Assembly: GCA_000320545.1 (NCBI GenBank)
Contig: ADNK01001416.1
Location: forward strand, 1 to 55,791
Reading direction: 5' to 3'
Source: Bigelowiella natans CCMP2755
Lineage: Eukaryota > Protista > Cercozoa
DNA: 55,791 nucleotides
The position numbers and the translations under genes are program-made. The notes below the pieces were generated by a model that did not search any database, had not been told where the DNA came from, and saw nothing but the letters and a program-made list of their open reading frames with translations. Below are positions 50,078-55,791 of the stretch, in pieces (within the stretch, counting starts at the first letter, position 1; every line of letters begins with the position of its first letter).

Positions 50078-50760
50078 GCGTGTAGTTGGCGGAGTTCTGG
50101 TAGAGAGAATCATGATGAGGATCATGATATCTTATGTAAACATCACAGCATAGGCAAGATTATGAATGTTTTTCATTTGAAAATTCAGTACTTGAATGCT
50201 ATTCTGACGGAATTGGCGTGTGCATGGATCCCATCGGCAATGATTCCTACAGGCGTGGTTTAATGATGATATAATGATGAAGATGAAGAAAAAGAAGAAG
50301 AATAAGAAGAAGATGATGATGATAAAATATCCGCACCATAATATGGCTTCTTTTCCCGCCTCCCTAGCAACCCTACCAGCCCTGACATATGTTAGGAGGG
50401 AGGGGGGGGAGGGGGGAGAAGATGGCGAGTGAAAGGAAGATATTAGGTAAGTGTGGTAACGATTATAATAGATGGCACACAGATGATCATAACGGTGTGA
50501 TGGTCCAGTGCCGCTACTCCTGATGCATTAACAACTACGACGACGATGAAGCCCACAACACGCTTCGAATATACATATATTTTACCGGGGTCTCTATGAT
50601 GGAATGGCTGCATTGCATTGAAAAGGTGCGTGATCATCCGTGCGCCGCATTCAAGGCCCTTTTCCTAGATAGACGACATTAAATTATGAAAAAAATGAAG
50701 GAGACGATGGGAATGTTTGTCGGCTTGTTAGCAATGGTTACATAGATGTAGTTCAGAATG

Positions 50761-50802
<42 letters not shown>

Positions 50803-51604
50803 TGTGTAGATGTTGTCGCTCAAAACTCACACAAATCGCCGTTATTGTTATGATGATGATCGATCCCATAATCATCATCATCAACAACAACAACAACAAC
50901 ACACTAATACTAGAAAACACACCGCCTCTGGAAGGTCCGCCATCGAATGACCACAAGAAACTATGACACCTGGGGACAAGGAGAGATAGGGAGAGCGGAA
51001 GAGAGAGAAGAGAGAGAGAAGTAAAGAGTGTCACCATACTACTTCATTGCACTACAACGACACAACGAAGTCGTTCTCCATCAAATCTGCCTCTTGCACA
51101 GAACGTGAAGACAGGAGGTGCCAATAATCGCTTTCTTACCACAACCCAACCCCCCCCCGAATTCAGACCAGAAGATGAAGGAAAGGGGGGAGGAGAGGTA
51201 ATTGAAAGAGAAATCACAGAGTTTGTTAGGAGGAGCAGTAAGCAGCACTTCTGACTAGCTCAAGTTATTATACACATACACACCACGTTGCGACAAGCCC
51301 TGTATAGCCTCCTGTGCCCCCTTAAGCTCTGGAGCTGATTCAGCAGCAGCAGCAGCAGCAGCAGTAGTATTTATTGATGAGGGAAGAGAAGGGGAGGAGA
51401 GGGGGCAAATGGTAGGCGTGAATGAGTATATGGTACGAGAGGATTGACGGTGCTACTTACAGCCGGGTATAAATAATATGGTTCCATTAGATTAGACAAC
51501 TTGGCCACAGCACAGCAGGTGTCATGGTGGTGAGTTGATGGTGTTTGTTCGTCATGAGATCCTACTCCGTCATGTCATCAGCATTACGCGCATCGTTATG
51601 AATC

Positions 51605-51647
<43 letters not shown>

Positions 51648-52618
51648 TATGGTGACCATTGCCGTCGAGTCGATCAGCTGCTTGCCGTACATTTCAACAA
51701 CACTGGAGAAACCCTAAGGATGATTCATTCGCACAAATGGAAACCGCTCATTTTACGAGCGCGCGCGCGCGTAGGTGCTTTTCGCGCAGATCATCCAGAA
51801 GAAGAATTTATATCGGTTATGCTGTGTTTGCATGTAGCACCATGGGAATGAGGTAACACAAAAAGGACCTTATCTGGTTCGCGTACGAGGTGAGCTGGGT
51901 GTGCACCGTACTTGTACTGTATATATACCATTCAGCCAGTATTAGCAGCAGCTCAGTGACCATCGTTTCACATCCATAGTAAATGTAACAATAATGACAA
52001 TGGCAAGAAATCGGTACATACTATTCTCACAACCCAACGTGTTGGCAACGAAGAAACAGAAGAGGAAGATAAAGAATAAGAAGAAGAAAAAGAGAAGAAG
52101 AAGAAGGTTATGATAATAATAATGACGGTGATGATAGATCACGGTCATATGACTTGGATGTCAGCAGCAGTAGCTGATGATGACCATGATCATGATGATG
52201 ATGATAATGAAGAAGAAGAAGAAGAAGAAGAAAAAGAAGAAAAAGATGGGACGAGTGCAAGTGCGTAGAAAATATGTTTGAGGAGATAAGCCTGATGTTA
52301 CCTGGCTTATGAAAGGGCCTTCGAGGTGGGCACCAAGGATGTGTGCGTGGTCTCGACTCCCTGGTGATTATATGAGAAAGAATGGAAGAGAATAGAGGAA
52401 AGACAAAAGCTAATCAATGTACTATCTCTTTTATCACCAAAAAACATGATAGAAGGGTTGGGACGGTACAAAGTAGGTTGAACAACGCCACCATGTTGGG
52501 GAAAACAATTCTTAGCTCTCATCGTTCCTCCTTTTGTCTACACAAAGTCGCCCATTACATATGTGAACATCTATTTGGTGCGTGGAGGCCAGAATAACAA
52601 ATTAATTTTTTTTTTTAT

Positions 52619-52658
<40 letters not shown>

Positions 52659-53083
52659 GTGTGTGCGTTGTCACGGGGGGCAAAGGAAATCGTAGTCTCT
52701 TTTTTTTGGTTTTAGGTAATGATGATGACGATGAGGATGAGGATAATATAAGGAAGAGGAACCACGTACCAGGGCGGCGTTTGAGCAGCTTTGCTAGCTT
52801 TTTGTATTGAGGTTGACCGCTGGTGATGACCTACGATGGGATTAGCAGCATGTACACGTGTTCAGGGATTCATATGGATGATGAGTCTCCTGTAAAAACG
52901 AGTGTGAGACAAATCATTTAATATCATCATCATCATCATCATCATCATCACCGTTGGGCAAAACGACGTAACTCCGTGCTGTAGAATCCCTGAGAAGACA
53001 CATGACATCGTGTTGTTATTGTTATTGTTGCTGTTATTGTTGTTCATAGTATAACATTAAGTACAAGGAAAATTGGGAATTTG

Positions 53084-53163
<80 letters not shown>

Positions 53164-53962
53164 AATGTGTATGCATGTAGTATCAATACCTTTTGCCACC
53201 TTTCTCATGATATCATTCCCATCCTGACGAATAGCACGAATATGATGTTGATAATGATAATGATGAGGAAGGTAAACGAGAAACAAACACATCAGTGAGG
53301 TGTCAGACCAAGCAACACATATCCACAAGGAACAGCTTTAAGAAGAATGATGGTAAACAACAGGACGACGAAGAAAAGGAAGAAGACGAAAAGGAAGAGG
53401 ACATCTCGCATTCGCCTCCGTTTAGGTGATCGTTTGCCATGATCCTTTTCCTCCTCCTCCTCCTCCTCCCCCTCCCCCTCCTGGTGCTGTTGTTGGTAAT
53501 CTGAGTTCCTACTCGCTCCGCCTTCCTGTCTATCCGCTTCGTGGTCTTCTAGGAAGTAAAGTAGCAGAGCATCGTGTCCATTTGTGACAGAACGATATAA
53601 AAATTAGTTTGGCGTCATTGAACACCGGAGATTGGATGATGACGGCAAGGAACAATCGGAGCTGATGTTGCTGCATATTTCTGTATCACGAAAGCGAGCC
53701 CATACCGTAGGCGAAAAGCTCTAACGCGCGGCGCATATACAAGCAGCGACCATACCTCTGCTGTGATCCGTGAAAGATGTAAAATCAACTCCGAAAGCCC
53801 CTGTTATGATGATCACAAGTAACGTTCCCAGAGTAAAAAAAGCCAAGTTGCAGTAAGGGGCGACGATGATGAGAGCGACGACGATGATGACAATAATTGG
53901 TATTAGTGTAAGTTTATGATACGTTATACATTGTAAGTATTATGCGCAACGCACACCCACAC

Positions 53963-54017
<55 letters not shown>

Positions 54018-54121
54018 ATCATCAGCCGACAAATATAAGACAAATATAAGCTTAAATACCATTTAACTGCACGTCTATATAGCCTGTATTCGATGACGAT
54101 ACAGCAGCAAGCCGACACATA

Positions 54122-54174
<53 letters not shown>

Positions 54175-54748
54175 ACAGACAAACATAATAAGAAGTGAAG
54201 TTATTATAAACACTGTACGTTCCATATTTTCAGATCGATGTATCTTGCTTCTTATTATATATTTAGATGCTATTCTTAACCAGGCGCCATGAGTAGTCCA
54301 CTGCAATCCACAATTACTTGTGCTGCATACTCCTTATCCCGAGCGGCCTCCCTATATAAGCAACAACGAAATGTGGGAGTGTTGAAGAAATACATATTAT
54401 GCTTATCGGTGCTTTGAGAGCGTGTTGGATTTGCCGCCACTACTTTCAACAACTACTCTTTCATCTTACCAAAATCTCCTTTCAGGGTCTATGATCTTCC
54501 CCCCTGCAGAATGCCATGCCAAAAATAAACGGTGTTTCGTTAAATTGTCATAAGAGGTTGGAAAATGTGCAGTTGCGGACATGAGAGTTGATATACCATC
54601 TCCTCCATCAGCATGTACTACGGTAAACACAACTATTACCGTGCATCCACACATAATCTTCATCTGGCTCGCTGATCTTGCCTCTGCGAATAATCTTTGC
54701 ATTTTTGAATTGTACAACATGCTTTCTCCGAATATCTCGCGCGCCCAT
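48421..54748 (-). CDS. AMDHD2: N-acetylglucosamine-6-phosphate deacetylase, about 20 exons; start may extend further upstream
   Basis: [104 protein letters not shown] and [12 protein letters not shown]. Confidence 0.9.
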
Positions 54749-55139
54749 GCCAATGATATCTAAGTGAAGTAGTCAATTAAATTAGTTGAGAATTAGAGCA
54801 CAGGCAAAATCAACATCAACTAACCTGGGCGTCGTCGTCGTTTTTCAGGGCAATTTCCCCTCCTTCTTCCATCCTAACGGTAACGATACACAAGTAGATT
54901 AGTGGTATTCCAATGCCTCTGGGGCATTTGACACCTTCGCTTCATCCATGGTTCTACTTGTTCGTCAATTTGCAGTGATCGGGTCCTCCTCCTCCTCCTC
55001 CTCCTGTGCTCGTTGCACGTCAGTTGCAGGATCCGAACCGTGGCATCCGATTTTATCCGAAACCTGCCAATTTCCATCCAAAACTGCCATAATTCCAGGC
55101 CATTCAGTCGTTTATTCCTTTTCTTTCGTTCGCTACAGT

Positions 55140-55697
55140 TTGTGAGGAGGAAGGGGGCCAGCACGGGGGTGCGCAGCACCAGCTAGCCAGAGAATGACAG
55201 CAAAATCATCATGCAAGGGTTTCTCACTCCCCTGGAATCCCGGCAGGCATGCGCGGATTCCACTCCAAACTTTCACACATGACCCCTGTGGACCATGTGA
55301 GGGCCCTAGGACCCTCAGGGAAGCAAAAAAAAATGTTTTTTGGAAAATCGAAAATGGGTAGGGCACAAACTTTGAGTGCTCCGGAAACGCCCCTGACTTC
55401 GCCTCCTTCCACAAAACATGCCAAAGTGACAGGTGCAAAAAGATCTTTCTTCTCTCAAATTTTCGCAACTCAAAACACAAAATCAAACATTTCCGGAGCA
55501 AGCATGCGCGCGCAGGCATGATTTTTTGCAGTTTGTGGCAGGCGCAGCGCGGCGCAGCGGGCTTGCCAGTTCATTTTTCACTGCTGGTCAAAATTGGCAC
55601 ATTTCTTCTGAAATGATTCACAATTTCAAAATGACATGTTCAAACTCAACAGCGAGTGATGAACGAAGAAAAGGTGAGCCACGATGCACGTGTGCAT

Positions 55698-55737
<40 letters not shown>

Positions 55738-55791
55738 GTGTGTGCATGTGTGCATGTGTGCATGTGTGTGTGTGTGTGTTGTGTGTGTGTA
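55140..55791. other. TpA-depleted non-coding island, probable transposon or gene relic, ending in a degenerate (TG)n/TGCA tract
   Basis: Only 3 TA dinucleotides counted in 55140-55789, two of them inside CTAG. CCAG-CTAG-CCAG at 55179. Confidence 0.5.

Noticed and set aside
1-55791. Alternative genetic code, tRNA/rRNA genes, or an intact transposase or reverse transcriptase
   Set aside because: Conserved genes translate with the standard code and use TAA, TAG and TGA stops, with only SELENOK needing Sec. No RNA gene or autonomous TE ORF was recognised.

Overview
Eukaryotic, intron-rich protist nuclear DNA with GT-AG introns, many packed with microsatellites. It resembles a SAR or chlorarachniophyte-type genome, but this is an impression only. 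About 16 protein genes lie in near-strict alternating orientation: unknown(+), EF-hand-fused cytosolic LeuRS(-), mitochondrial uL23(+), V-ATPase A(-), Zn2Cys6 transcription factor(+), UBXN7-like(-), actin-fragmin-kinase-like(+), ATP synthase subunit e(-), ABC ATPase with internal TM helices(+), Nup205(+), RPSA(-), unknown(+), selenoprotein K with Sec-UGA and SECIS(-), FUT8-like(+), SNRNP40(-) and NagA/AMDHD2(-). The most striking signal is in the non-coding spacers downstream of genes. About 30 exact NNNN-CTAG-NNNN scars occur there (a 4-bp duplication around a fixed CTAG, +8 bp per event), some nested, and one pair has an empty-site paralogue. The same compartments carry islands almost free of TpA that overlie apparent dead genes, suggesting TA>TG/CA hypermutation, plus a recurring two-hairpin repeat and a MITE-like element. 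Together these point to an undescribed mobile-element footprint and genome-defence mutagenesis acting on silent DNA.
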